Sequence record: MF459646.1
DNA length: 40,000 nt
Direction: 5' to 3' (one strand)
Origin: Erwinia phage vB_EamM_RisingSun
The notes beneath the pieces are model-generated. The model was not told the DNA's origin and did not search any database. It was given only the letters and a program-made list of their open reading frames with translations. This document shows positions 1 through 9,796 of this stretch, in pieces (position 1 is the stretch's first letter; each line of letters opens with the position of its first letter). The position numbers and the translations under genes are program-made.

Positions 1-590
1 ACGTTGAGGTTAACGTGCCGGACAGTTTAACCGGGGGACGTAAGATCATCACGGTGGAAGAGATTTATCTGGGGAGCATGTCGTCTGCTGCCGGTATGCT
101 GTCCATGGGGATAAACGAAAACACCATGTGTGGTCAAGGTAGCCTGAATGACATGATGCAGGGTCTGGTCGATAACTTGTCCAGTAACCGTACCATGCCA
201 CCTACCTACAGTAACGTCCACATGACGGGCAACAACAGCTTCGTGATTGTGGGGATGAACTCTGGAACGTTTTCAATGACAGCGAAGTGCCTGCTGGAGT
301 TTGATGACGGCATGACCAGTATTCACCCAAAAGCGTACGATACGTTTGCTGACCTCTGCCTGCTGGCAACCAAAGCTTATATCTACCGTACCTGTCGTCG
401 TCCGACACAAGAAGCAGTGATTCGTGCTGGGGTAGCGCTGGAGAGTATCCGTGACGATATTGACGAATACCGGGATGCCTGGAAAGACTACCGTGAGTTC
501 TTCGATACCACCTGGAAGAAAACCATGGCATACAGCGATCGTCAAGGCATGTATAACCGCATCGCCATGATGACTCCAACGCGTATGTAA
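1..590 (+). CDS. Hypothetical phage protein, 5'-partial at window edge
   Basis: Frame is open upstream of the listed GTG at 15 (V-E-V-N-V-P-D-S...); stops just before ATG at 601 in the same orientation. Confidence 0.75.
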   Translation, partial: VEVNVPDSLTGGRKIITVEEIYLGSMSSAAGMLSMGINENTMCGQGSLNDMMQGLVDNLSSNRTMPPTYSNVHMTGNNSFVIVGMNSGTFSMTAKCLLEFDDGMTSIHPKAYDTFADLCLLATKAYIYRTCRRPTQEAVIRAGVALESIRDDIDEYRDAWKDYREFFDTTWKKTMAYSDRQGMYNRIAMMTPTRM

Positions 591-600
591 AGGAGTTGAC

Positions 601-1935
601 ATGAGTCGTATTTTTGACGCTCAAACGTTCATGTTTGAAGAAGCCCAAGGCATGCAAACGTTTTGGGAAGTGGCGGGGTTAGAAGACCTCATCAGCAGCG
701 TGGACTGGGGACGTAATGATTCCATCCTGCAGGTGTGTGATTACTTCGGCAAATACTTGGACGTGACTCCGAAGTGGGCGTTAGCGCTACAGCGTTACGT
801 CTACAACTTCACCACCCGGAAAGTGGGGACCGTGGACTACATGGAGTTCTTTGGGTCGCCGTACCTGGGTCTGCAAAAGATCACCTTTACCAGCGCAGAC
901 CGTAACCAGTGGTTCAGTGAAATCTTCGACGTGGATGAAGAAGAGCTCAAAGAGAACCTGCATGCGGTACGGTCGATTAAAACCACCTGGGCAGTTGTGG
1001 GGGATGTCTTTAACCTGACCATCCCGTATCTGGTGTATCGCGTGTTCCATTCGAAGTTGGATGCCCGGACGAAACACCAGGCCATGGTGGATTTGATTAG
1101 CATGTACCACTACAAGTGTCTGACGAGTATCGTGAACAACGACTACCCGTACATGGCGAAACGGGAAGTGGTGCTGGAAACCTATAACCGCCTGAGCCTG
1201 AAGTACGACATCAAACGCTACGGTAGCTGGCGTGAACTGATTCGTGCTCGTGCTGAGTTTATCCTGGACCCTAAAACTGGGATTCACTTTAACACCTTCA
1301 CCAAAATGAACGATGACAAAAAGATCATCTACATGGTGGGGGATATTCAGGACCGTCTGCGTGGTGTGGTGAATGACATCAACAAAGTGTTCCATGATGT
1401 CAAGAACAAAATCAACATCGTGTCGTTAGACGGTAACCGTGTGAAGTTGGAAGACGGGGTGGTCTTAAAGAACGTGGCCAAAGAAGTCACGCAATTTAAA
1501 AACTACATCGAGCAGATTCTCACCGGTCAATCTTCTTTCTACAAAGAAGAGCTGTTGCAGTATGCGGTAAAAGATTTGGATAACACACCGGTGGATAAAC
1601 TGGGGTATGTGATTCAGAACTTCCCGGCGTTGTACAACAGCAAGAAAGGCGAACACTGGCGTGATTTCATTAACGAGATCATAGTCCACCTGTTCGAGTA
1701 CCTCCATCAGCACGACATCAGCAAAACCAACATGTACGGTGTGCTGGTAAAAATGCGTGGAGCGTACAACAGTCCCCGCAGTCAAAATGACAGCGTGAAG
1801 AAATTGCGTAAAGTGGGGGATGACTTAATCCGGGAACAGACCGGCATTAAAACACCTTCAACGATTACGGGTTTGCGTACGGCGTTCTTATTATACGTTG
1901 TGCTGCGTGTATTAAGCAAAGACTATTACCAATAG
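601..1935 (+). CDS. Conserved-looking phage protein, 444 aa, function unknown (possibly virion-associated)
   Basis: Long ORF; aaggagttgac ATG ribosome-binding site; tightly follows the upstream gene. Confidence 0.85.
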   Translation: MSRIFDAQTFMFEEAQGMQTFWEVAGLEDLISSVDWGRNDSILQVCDYFGKYLDVTPKWALALQRYVYNFTTRKVGTVDYMEFFGSPYLGLQKITFTSADRNQWFSEIFDVDEEELKENLHAVRSIKTTWAVVGDVFNLTIPYLVYRVFHSKLDARTKHQAMVDLISMYHYKCLTSIVNNDYPYMAKREVVLETYNRLSLKYDIKRYGSWRELIRARAEFILDPKTGIHFNTFTKMNDDKKIIYMVGDIQDRLRGVVNDINKVFHDVKNKINIVSLDGNRVKLEDGVVLKNVAKEVTQFKNYIEQILTGQSSFYKEELLQYAVKDLDNTPVDKLGYVIQNFPALYNSKKGEHWRDFINEIIVHLFEYLHQHDISKTNMYGVLVKMRGAYNSPRSQNDSVKKLRKVGDDLIREQTGIKTPSTITGLRTAFLLYVVLRVLSKDYYQ

Positions 1936-1945
1936 GGTTAAAAAC

Positions 1946-3010
1946 ATGGAACTGGGTGAAGAAGAGCTGGGTAGCGGGATTCCGGATGTTGAGCATATCG
2001 ACACGGTCATGGACGGCATTATCGATACGGTAACGGGGACCGAGGGGTTAACCCATGCTCAACGTTATTTGGCAGGTACGTTGTATGCCAGCGGCATGGT
2101 GTCCTATTCGCAGTACCATGGTAGCGAAGGGGTGATGGATACCATCAAAGGGGGATTGAAGAAAGCCTGGGATTACATCGTGAAGATGTTTAAACAAATC
2201 TGGGGTTTCTTCTTTAAATCGAAAGGTAAACAGGAAGCGGCTGACGCCAAGGCTGCAGTTAGACAGCTGGAAGAGTTTAGCAATCTGCGTCCTGTTAAAT
2301 CAGAAGATCGCCGTCGCGCGGTTACTGAAATGGTGAGGGCCGGTGCAAAGCTTGCGCACATGGATTTGGATAAAACCGATCCAAACGCTAAACGCGCCAT
2401 GATGCAGCATCTCGAAGTAATGAAAGAGAAAAGCAAAGAGATGCAGCAACTGAGCCCGAACGAGAGCAGCAAAGAAGCGGCTATCGTTACCGAGGTTAAA
2501 AAGGAATTCCAGGAAATTTGTGTAGAGCACGTTAGCGTGAACCTGAGTAATCTCAAAACCAAAGTAGTGGCGAAACTTACTTCAATTTACGAAAACAACA
2601 AAAAGCTGGATGCACTCAAAACCGACACGAGTAAGGATTTGGGTATTACTTGGTTAAAAGGAATTTCGCGTAATATTGATCGGTTCATTAGTGATATGCG
2701 AACCTTTTCAACCGTGTTAGAAGAGTTCCGTTCGACTGAACACGCCAGCAGCTTTGCAAGTAAACTCAAGGGTTACATTTCACACATGGAAACCCTCATG
2801 GAGAGCTGCGCCAAAACGGAAAATGCGGTTCGTGAATTGATGCGTACTCTTGAGAAAGAGTTAGCAGAAAATCCTAATGATCCACAAGTAGCTGCTTTGT
2901 TGAATCATGTAAAGACCGGCTTGAAGCTGTCAGCTGAAGTAGCCGAAACAGTAAGTTGGTTATTGCGTGTCACTACCCAGCTTTGCGATCGCTACTCCGT
3001 AAAAGCATAA
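1946..3010 (+). CDS. Lysine-rich, helical protein, 354 aa; paralogue of the minus-strand protein at 4314-5228; possible virion internal protein
   Basis: Shares the N-terminal block GIIDTV-GTE---T-AQ-YL------YHG-EGV-DTIK-G with the 4314-5228 product. Confidence 0.85.
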   Translation: MELGEEELGSGIPDVEHIDTVMDGIIDTVTGTEGLTHAQRYLAGTLYASGMVSYSQYHGSEGVMDTIKGGLKKAWDYIVKMFKQIWGFFFKSKGKQEAADAKAAVRQLEEFSNLRPVKSEDRRRAVTEMVRAGAKLAHMDLDKTDPNAKRAMMQHLEVMKEKSKEMQQLSPNESSKEAAIVTEVKKEFQEICVEHVSVNLSNLKTKVVAKLTSIYENNKKLDALKTDTSKDLGITWLKGISRNIDRFISDMRTFSTVLEEFRSTEHASSFASKLKGYISHMETLMESCAKTENAVRELMRTLEKELAENPNDPQVAALLNHVKTGLKLSAEVAETVSWLLRVTTQLCDRYSVKA

Positions 3011-3033
3011 TAAGTCCCCCACTAGTAAATTAC

Positions 3034-3066
3034 CAGGAGCTCTATGCATTGTGAGCTCCTGTTTTA
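3034..3066 (+). terminator. Rho-independent-type terminator
   Basis: caggagctc - 10 nt - gagctcctg followed by ttttacttttc. Confidence 0.7.
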
Positions 3067-3088
3067 CTTTTCGTTCTAAGGAATAAAA

Positions 3089-3814
3089 ATGCCGTACATC
3101 GTTATTGAGGGGGTGGACTTTAGCGGTAAGTCTACACTGGCCTCAGCTTTAAAAACACAGCTAAAACTCCAATACGGTGTGGAGTCGGTAATCGTTGAAG
3201 AGCCGTCTACCCACAACGATCGTTGTAAAGCCATTCGTCACGAAGTGACCACCAATCCAACCCTGACCAATGAAGAGCGCGCTGCGCTGTTTCTGGAACA
3301 ACGTCAGCTGGTTATGCAGGACCTGGTTCTGCCTGCCCTGAAAGCCGGTAAACTGGTTATCGGTAGCCGTTCGTTTATCAGCACCATGGTATACCAGACT
3401 CCAGAAAACGGTTTCGGTATGCACGGTGTGCTGAATGCCAATTTAGACGGCCTGGAAGCCTTTGGGGACGACGCAATTCCTGACCTGGGGATTCTGTGCG
3501 AAATTACGCACGATACGTTCCTGAAGCGTTGTACGGGCCGTAATGGGTATATGGATGAACTGGAAATGCCGTTACTGGATCCGGTGAAGTTCGCCACCCG
3601 CTGTGAGAAATATCTCAAGGCCATGGTATATACCAAAACCGCGCTGAAGAAATTCGACAGTGCGATGTATAGCGGTGACCTGGACATGCTGTTAGCAGAC
3701 CTGGCCCGTAAATTCAAATATGAGAAACTGCCTGAAGAAGGCGAAGTCTCTTCTCTTACTCCACCTCCGGCCAAACCCGAAGTAAAAGGGGTTGCCTCTT
3801 ACCTGGTACCGTAA
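3089..3814 (+). CDS. tmk: Thymidylate/deoxynucleoside monophosphate kinase
   Basis: N-terminal IVIEGVDFSGKSTLA P-loop of the TMK family; later LVIGSRSFISTMVYQ resembles the DR(Y/F)xxS region; ~240 aa. Confidence 0.88.
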   Translation: MPYIVIEGVDFSGKSTLASALKTQLKLQYGVESVIVEEPSTHNDRCKAIRHEVTTNPTLTNEERAALFLEQRQLVMQDLVLPALKAGKLVIGSRSFISTMVYQTPENGFGMHGVLNANLDGLEAFGDDAIPDLGILCEITHDTFLKRCTGRNGYMDELEMPLLDPVKFATRCEKYLKAMVYTKTALKKFDSAMYSGDLDMLLADLARKFKYEKLPEEGEVSSLTPPPAKPEVKGVASYLVP

Positions 3815-3816
3815 AC

Positions 3817-4188
3817 ATGGAAAAAGCACAAAACATCGAAAAGGGTCTTTCCTTTGGGCAAGTCATTGAACGCATGAAGCGTTTTAAAGGCGAAGCAGCA
3901 CTGCGCGCTTGGGGTGACAAAAAGGAATGTGTCTTCCTGGTCACTCATCATGATCTCTGCACGAAACTGGGCTACGGCTACGGTGAAGTTCCCGGGACGG
4001 CTTCTTTTGGGGATGCTTTGTGCAAATACCATGAAAGCGGGGAACTGGAAATGGGCTGGCGTCCGAGCTATGCTGAGATGGCGTCAAACGACTGGCAGTT
4101 TGTGAATTGCGGGGAACGCGATGACATCTATCGTAAATCCAACGACGCTGGCGAAGCTGGGAAAAGTCGTGACGGCTTTGCCGCCTGA
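3817..4188 (+). CDS. Small protein resembling DUF2829/Tad2-like (anti-Thoeris) proteins, tentative
   Basis: Blocks SFGQVIERMKRFKGEAALRAW...VFLV and ...GWRPSYAEMASNDWQFV recall the DUF2829 pattern (F-xx-AL--hK-G--v-R--W---fLfLv ... W-PS--DLLA-DW--V). Start 2 nt after the tmk stop. Confidence 0.5.
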   Translation: MEKAQNIEKGLSFGQVIERMKRFKGEAALRAWGDKKECVFLVTHHDLCTKLGYGYGEVPGTASFGDALCKYHESGELEMGWRPSYAEMASNDWQFVNCGERDDIYRKSNDAGEAGKSRDGFAA

Positions 4189-4280
4189 AAGACCGGCTCC
4201 GTGTAGTACGGGTGCAAACCTGATTAAAAAGGCTAATCCACCCAAACAGTTTAATTTTGATATTAAACCCAAATAATAAA

Positions 4281-4308
4281 TACTCTCTCAGCCGTGGCTG
4301 AGAGAGTA
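4281..4308. terminator. Bidirectional intergenic hairpin between convergent genes
   Basis: tactctctcagc-cgtg-gctgagagagta, perfect 12-bp stem between the + gene ending at 4188 and the - gene ending at 4314. Confidence 0.7.
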
Positions 4309-4313
4309 TAACG

Positions 4314-5228
4314 TTATGCGTGGAATTTGTTGTACAGCTGATTAAACAGACTGAGTTGCTTGTTGAACGTGTTGTATTCAAACGTAGCGCACGCAATATC
4401 TTTACGCGCCTGGTCGGCTAACTCTTTCATGTTCTGTCGATAATGGTCACTGAGGTCCGTCTGTTTTAACGTTGCCTCAATTTCGCTAAGGTTCTTCTTC
4501 TGATCGTCGATTACCTTTTGAACACTCTTTTCATATTCAGACAAGTCTTTCTGCGTCACACGATTAAGTGTGTTTAAGAAAGTCGTAATACCGCCATGAT
4601 GGAAAATGTTCGGCACAGTCTTATGCAGCTCAGGGAGCGCACTGGTTAAACGTTCCTGCAGACGACGAAGCGGTGACACATACTTAACTTTGTTCTTGCT
4701 CGTGTAGTCCGTGTATGCTTTATTCAGCTCACCGAGTTTATTCAGCAGCTGTTCAATCTGATTGTGCTCACCATTGTAAATTGCAGTGCGTCTTTTGCTG
4801 CCATCTTTCTTAACGATCAAGACTTCTTTTTCCTGGGCAGCAGCTTCCTGTTCTTTCTTCAGTTCGGCATCTTTAGAGATAGCGGCGTCAGATTCCTTTA
4901 CCTGCTCAGTGGTTTCTTTTGCGTTCTCTTCTACCTTTGCGCCTTTCTTACCGGTGAAGACTTCTTTCAGCTTAGTCCATAGCGCTTCCATGGCTGTTTT
5001 GATTGCCTGGTACACTTTCTGTGCCCCTGACTTGATTGTGTCAAGCACACCCTCATTACCGTGGTAGTTGGAAATCGTTCCGCCGTAGGACCGCACAACA
5101 GACTGCAGGTACTGCTGAGCGTACGTTAAGGAGTAACGCTCGGTACCGTCCACCGTATCAATAATACCGGTGAGCAGGGTCTCCGCGTGGTCGCTGTCCA
5201 TTTCTTCGTAAACACCATCGAGTTGCAT
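4314..5228 (-). CDS. Lysine-rich coiled-coil protein, 304 aa; paralogue of the 1946-3010 product
   Basis: Shared N-terminal block (TGIIDTVDGTE..LTYAQQYL..YHGNEGVLDTIKSG) then a K/E-rich region. Confidence 0.85.
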   Translation of the reverse strand: MQLDGVYEEMDSDHAETLLTGIIDTVDGTERYSLTYAQQYLQSVVRSYGGTISNYHGNEGVLDTIKSGAQKVYQAIKTAMEALWTKLKEVFTGKKGAKVEENAKETTEQVKESDAAISKDAELKKEQEAAAQEKEVLIVKKDGSKRRTAIYNGEHNQIEQLLNKLGELNKAYTDYTSKNKVKYVSPLRRLQERLTSALPELHKTVPNIFHHGGITTFLNTLNRVTQKDLSEYEKSVQKVIDDQKKNLSEIEATLKQTDLSDHYRQNMKELADQARKDIACATFEYNTFNKQLSLFNQLYNKFHA

Positions 5229-5556
5229 GATTTTATCCTGTTAGTTTAGTTCATAAAATTTCGCGCATATCTCCCCCTCCTTGCCCCGTCTTAGGGGGCA
5301 AGGAGGTATTACAGTATGGGAGGGACGAGCGAGGAATTACTAAACTGTAATAGGTATAAAACCCAGTTAGTTATTTTTAAGCAACTGTAAGGTTATCTAC
5401 TCTGTAGGCTCTTAACCATTAACTAAGGTTTAACGTTAAGGCGGTTCAGTTCTTGCAGATTAAGTAATTTTCTACTACGTGGTAATATACATATACCGGC
5501 TGTAATGATTTACCACCACGACCATATTATATTTTTATTTTCTATAAGTTTTCAAA

Positions 5557-5580
5557 CCTGTACTATTAGGGTGAATCTGA
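5557..5580 (+). promoter_or_regulatory. Putative phage promoter, recurring motif
   Basis: cctgtactattagggtgaatctga; close match to the motif at 8800 and 10870; ~50 nt upstream of the gene start. Confidence 0.65.
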
Positions 5581-5626
5581 ATCCCATATTTAGGTTCGTA
5601 ACTTAACTTTGAATAGGACTGAGAAA

Positions 5627-6388
5627 ATGAGTGAAGGTAAAGGCTTGATCGTAGAACACAACCAACTGCACTCCGTCTTCGACATTCTGGAGCGGCAACC
5701 AGCCAACACGTTTAACAGCATTATGGCCGTAGGCGGTGGCAGCAAAGGCGGTATCATTCGCAGTAACCTGGAGTGGGACAGCAAGCAACAGCTGTACACG
5801 GGTAAGACCTGGATCGCCTCTCCGCTGTTGAAAGGTGTTAAGAACCTGCACCTGCCGACGCTGTCGATTATTCCGTCGACTCGCAAAATCATGCTGACCT
5901 TCAACCTTCACGGTCGCATCTTTACGCAGCTGACCAACGATGAAGCTTACAGCTATTTCAAACAGACTCGTGGATTCAGCCGTCATTACCTGGATGTGTT
6001 GGGTAAGCGTATTGAGATTGCTATTGAAGACCACAACAAGCAGCAGTTCATTCGTATCCGGTATGAAAGCATGACGCTGGAACATTTGGACGATTTACTG
6101 AAGCACGGAGAAGTCATCAAGACCTATCCGGTACGTAAAGAAACCTGGTCAGTGATTCCGGAAGTCCGTAAAGAGGAATTCCCTACCATTGACGAGATCA
6201 AACATGACGGCTTGTTAGTTCGTCGTGCCATCAATTACTTTAACGGAGGTCGTCTTAAAGAAGAAACTGAATATTACGTAATCGAAGCCACCGGCATCTT
6301 CCACACGTACCGTGGGACCCAGCCTGACTTCCGATTCCACGAACGAGTCGGCTATGTCAACATGACACCATTAGCCTCGATTAAATAA
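5627..6388 (+). CDS. Hypothetical phage protein (~253 aa)
   Basis: Track start TTG 5609; ATG at 5627 (MSEGKGLIVEHN) with upstream aggact is the likelier start. Confidence 0.8.
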   Translation: MSEGKGLIVEHNQLHSVFDILERQPANTFNSIMAVGGGSKGGIIRSNLEWDSKQQLYTGKTWIASPLLKGVKNLHLPTLSIIPSTRKIMLTFNLHGRIFTQLTNDEAYSYFKQTRGFSRHYLDVLGKRIEIAIEDHNKQQFIRIRYESMTLEHLDDLLKHGEVIKTYPVRKETWSVIPEVRKEEFPTIDEIKHDGLLVRRAINYFNGGRLKEETEYYVIEATGIFHTYRGTQPDFRFHERVGYVNMTPLASIK

Positions 6389-6418
6389 GCCCGTCTTATT
6401 TAACGATGATTTAACCAA

Positions 6419-6444
6419 GGGGAAGAATTCGCTTCCCCGTTTTT
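6419..6444 (+). terminator. Terminator
   Basis: ggggaag-aattcg-cttcccc followed by gttttta. Confidence 0.75.
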
Positions 6445-6468
6445 AATCTTACTTGAAAGGATAGAAAA

Positions 6469-7137
6469 ATGAGCAACACCACTAATCCAGTAATTGCAAT
6501 GGGTATCCAGAGCCGTATGGAACTGGTCCAAACCATCAAAGAAGCTGAACAGCGTTTAGCGATGGCACAAGAAACCATTAAGCAGGCCAATGAAGCTATT
6601 GCTTCACTCGATGACTTCTTTGGTAAAGATGACGCTTACCGCAAGGTACAAGAGATCTTCTCTGGTACTGCAGAAGAGTTCTATGGTCGTGCTCGTACCT
6701 TTACCACCAACCTGTTGTCTGAACTCATTGAACATCATCAAAGCCATGAACGTTCCGCTGTGATGAAGAGCAACTGGCAAGACAACATCCGCCGTCTGGA
6801 AGGGATGGAATACTCTGAAGAGATGTTCGAACAGACCGGCGTGTGGCAGAGCCTGGGTGGGTTACTGAATAACCTGATGTCTGTTGTTACACCAGAAGGT
6901 GAGAAAAGTCAAGAGCTGCGCATGTTTATCACACGCTGCATGCAGCTGGCCACAACAGTACCGCAGAGCTTCTACGCTGGTGCTACGGACTTCTCTCGTG
7001 GTAACCTCAATCCGTTGAACAACCGTAACAATCGCATGATGGGTGGTCGTTACAATAACGGGGTATTAGGTAACGGCATGGCTGCGCCGGGTAACCCAAT
7101 GCCTGGTGGTCGTCCTACTGACTTTGATCGCTGGTAA
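6469..7137 (+). CDS. Hypothetical protein with N-terminal helical region and Asn/Gly/Met-rich C-terminal tail
   Basis: 222-aa ORF; aaaggatagaaaaATG; tail NPLNNRNNRMMGGRYNNGVLGNGMAAPGNPMPGGRPTDFDRW. Confidence 0.85.
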   Translation: MSNTTNPVIAMGIQSRMELVQTIKEAEQRLAMAQETIKQANEAIASLDDFFGKDDAYRKVQEIFSGTAEEFYGRARTFTTNLLSELIEHHQSHERSAVMKSNWQDNIRRLEGMEYSEEMFEQTGVWQSLGGLLNNLMSVVTPEGEKSQELRMFITRCMQLATTVPQSFYAGATDFSRGNLNPLNNRNNRMMGGRYNNGVLGNGMAAPGNPMPGGRPTDFDRW

Positions 7138-7146
7138 TCTATAACG

Positions 7147-7174
7147 CTACTCCTACCCGTTTGGGTAGGAGTAG
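7147..7174. terminator. Intergenic hairpin
   Basis: ctactcctaccc-gttt-gggtaggagtag, perfect 12-bp stem with GTTT loop, 10 nt after the stop of the 6469 gene. Confidence 0.75.
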
Positions 7175-7326
7175 TTTACTTATATATTTTATGTTTTTTG
7201 TAACTGTCTCGTAAGTTTTTACCGACGGATAAATATCCTATGTCTTTCCGTTTCGTCATCTCTCTTTTTCTTACCTAAATTTCCTCCATAAATTACTCTA
7301 AAAAGTGGTTTACGGAGGGGGTTTGG

Positions 7327-7358
7327 GGGAGGACAAGAGAACGGGAGGACAAGAGAAC
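7327..7358 (+). repeat. Perfect tandem duplication of a 16-mer
   Basis: gggaggacaagagaac repeated exactly twice (7327-7342, 7343-7358), preceded by ggagggggtttggggg. Confidence 0.85.
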
Positions 7359-7751
7359 AGTTTCGAACAGTTTTGAAAGTTTTGGGGCCGCTGCCCCAGG
7401 TTACATAAGTTAACTAAGAGAATAAGAATAATTATAATAAATACATTAAGAGAATAAGATCAGATCGGATCCGGGAAAACGTTAATTAGCTAACTATCCT
7501 TAGGGGTAGTTAGAGAGAAGGATTATGATCAGAGACAGAGAGTAAGCTTAACTATAGTTAAGGGATAGAGAGTAGGGATCAGGAGAAGAGCATACAGGGA
7601 TCCTGTTATAGGGAATACCAGTAATTCTTCATAGTGAGCTTTATAGTTATAACCAGATAATATGTCTAGGGTAAAGTCCTCTGGATATACATTACTTAAT
7701 AATCATAATAGTTCATTTAAGATACTGTTATTGTAAGGATATAGCAAGTCA

Positions 7752-8240
7752 ATGAATACATACAGCAAGAAAGAGCTTCAGAAACAATTAGCTGACGTAG
7801 AGAATCAGTTAGTGGAGCTGAACAAGAAGAAAGACCAACTGCAGAAACAGTTAAGCCGGAAAGAGCTTATCCTGCCGTTCTGCGTAAAACGGAACGACAG
7901 CCAGATTCTGATGCAGGGTGGGGATGAGATGCCTAGCACGCTGTATGCGAATCTGCACTGCGCATTAACCCGGGAAGGGAAACGTATTACCCCGCTGAAC
8001 TTAACGCGTCTGTGGGGCTTATACGCCATTACCAAGCAGTTTACAGCAGACAAGAAGGACGGAGCCTTTAGCCTGCAGACCAGCATTGGCAAGAAGTGGT
8101 ACATTAGCGTGTTCTGGGAAGGCAATACCCAGGTAGTACGGTTACTGAAAGAAGGCACCAGTAAACCCATTCACGTTAACCTGAAGTACCGCTTTACCTT
8201 GAGCGAGCTGATTCTTTGCTTGGACATCATGAGTCGTTGA
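7752..8240 (+). CDS. Hypothetical protein with N-terminal coiled coil
   Basis: 162 aa; heptad-like KKELQKQLADVENQLVELNKKKDQLQKQL. Confidence 0.75.
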   Translation: MNTYSKKELQKQLADVENQLVELNKKKDQLQKQLSRKELILPFCVKRNDSQILMQGGDEMPSTLYANLHCALTREGKRITPLNLTRLWGLYAITKQFTADKKDGAFSLQTSIGKKWYISVFWEGNTQVVRLLKEGTSKPIHVNLKYRFTLSELILCLDIMSR

Positions 8241-8317
8241 TACCTCTGGGAAACGGACTTCCCCTTTAACGTTCTATTTTACCAGAAGCAGGACACAAAT
8301 TAGGACAACCCCCCTCC

Positions 8318-8788
8318 ATGAAAACAGCGGAACTCGATTTAAAACAGTGGATGCGTAAAACGTTGGAGAACCAAATCCAACACAACCAACGCATAGGCAC
8401 CCAGCTGCAGGACAATACCAGCAAGCTCGAAGCCCAGATAGCCCAACTCGACACCGACACCGAGTTACTGGTGGCTAACCTGAAAGCCGAACTCAACGAC
8501 AACGAATACACGGCCTTACGGAAAGCCATGAAAGAAGCCGGCGTAAACGACCACTTCTACCTGGCGGTCTGTACCAGTATCCACAGCTATTGCCGATTAG
8601 GGGTAGACCTGGAACACGTGGTGAAACTACCGAAGCGCCATTTGATTCTGAATACCAGCCCCAACTATTTCCATTTCTATTTCTTCCCCTACAAGTACCG
8701 ACTCGAACGGCACCTGATAGAGAGCGAAGATTTAACGGCGTGGTTTGCGTGGCTCCTGAGCATGCTGATTAACGAATTTAAAATGTAA
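8318..8788 (+). CDS. Hypothetical protein, 156 aa
   Basis: ORF with Lys/Gln helical N-terminus, colinear with neighbours. Confidence 0.75.
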   Translation: MKTAELDLKQWMRKTLENQIQHNQRIGTQLQDNTSKLEAQIAQLDTDTELLVANLKAELNDNEYTALRKAMKEAGVNDHFYLAVCTSIHSYCRLGVDLEHVVKLPKRHLILNTSPNYFHFYFFPYKYRLERHLIESEDLTAWFAWLLSMLINEFKM

Positions 8789-8799
8789 TTCTTTTTGGT

Positions 8800-8820
8800 C
8801 CTATATTACTAGGGTGAATA
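8800..8820 (+). promoter_or_regulatory. Putative phage promoter, recurring motif
   Basis: cctatattactagggtgaata, 36 nt before the ATG at 8856. Confidence 0.7.
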
Positions 8821-8855
8821 CTTCCCTGTTATTAATTTATTTAAAGGATAACTCA

Positions 8856-9602
8856 ATGTCTACTTCCAATGCTAAAATGAAACCGTCTGTTCGCAAACTG
8901 TACGAAGACCGTCTGCTGAAAGCCCAGGACCACCTGGCGACGTTAACGATTGCCCGCGATAATCTGCAGGCCGCGATTGAGCAGGCGCAGGACGACGTGG
9001 TAAGTCTGGAACGTACCCTGGCTGACGATGAAGTACTGGGTCATCTCACTTTCCTTTCGCCGACCAGTAGAGGTTTAACCCAGCTTTGTCGGAACATCGA
9101 ACAAGGGGTAGCTGTAATTAAGAAAACCGAACAGGCACAACAGTCCCAATCTGAGCCATGCGGAATGATTGCAGTACCGTTCAGTCATATCTTCCGTATG
9201 ATCGTCAACGCTTATGATGACTCAGCCACGACACCTGACCAGCCTGAGTCTGAGCAGTTTATGACCATGGCTGCTCATGTTCCGTTTTATCATGAGTGTG
9301 CACAGCAGTCTCAGCCCGAGTCTATACTGACCAGCCTGAAACCAACTAAACCCACACCGGATACAGTGTCTCGTGTTGAACAAGCTCAAGCCATCGTGCA
9401 ACAGCTGAATATCGACGACCTGGTCATTGCAAATCACTTGATTGAATTACTGGACGGTCTGAAATACGATATTCCTCTCATCACACCCGACAGAATCTGT
9501 GAACTGGCTGTGCAAAACTTTGAAGGCATACACCGTCGTGAACATTGCACACCGATGCAAGACCACGGGTTCCGTTTCTACGTAATGACCGGCCGTAAAT
9601 AA
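8856..9602 (+). CDS. Hypothetical protein, ~248 aa, helical N-terminus
   Basis: Likely start ATG 8856 (MSTSNAKMKPSVRK), not the track's 8814; upstream ttaaagga. Confidence 0.8.
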   Translation: MSTSNAKMKPSVRKLYEDRLLKAQDHLATLTIARDNLQAAIEQAQDDVVSLERTLADDEVLGHLTFLSPTSRGLTQLCRNIEQGVAVIKKTEQAQQSQSEPCGMIAVPFSHIFRMIVNAYDDSATTPDQPESEQFMTMAAHVPFYHECAQQSQPESILTSLKPTKPTPDTVSRVEQAQAIVQQLNIDDLVIANHLIELLDGLKYDIPLITPDRICELAVQNFEGIHRREHCTPMQDHGFRFYVMTGRK

Positions 9603-9755
9603 ATAATTGGGTGGCGGATATTATAACCCAGGAGTCACTGTGCATTATATGCTTAAGTGAGGACTGTGTGTTGCTGGTACTTTCACTACCGGTAACGAAT
9701 TGCCCGCCACTGCCATTTAAAACCTATTTTGGGTATATGTTATTGTTAGAAGATT

Positions 9756-9796
9756 TGAGAGTGCTGATCACCTTTTCCGTGGCACTCTCATTTTTA
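9756..9796 (+). terminator. Terminator
   Basis: tgagagtgc ... gcactctca followed by tttttatttttgttt. Confidence 0.75.

Noticed and set aside
7317-7345. Canonical G-quadruplex
   Set aside because: Only two clean G5 runs (ggggg-ttt-ggggg) are close together; further runs need long loops, so it is reported only as part of the island.
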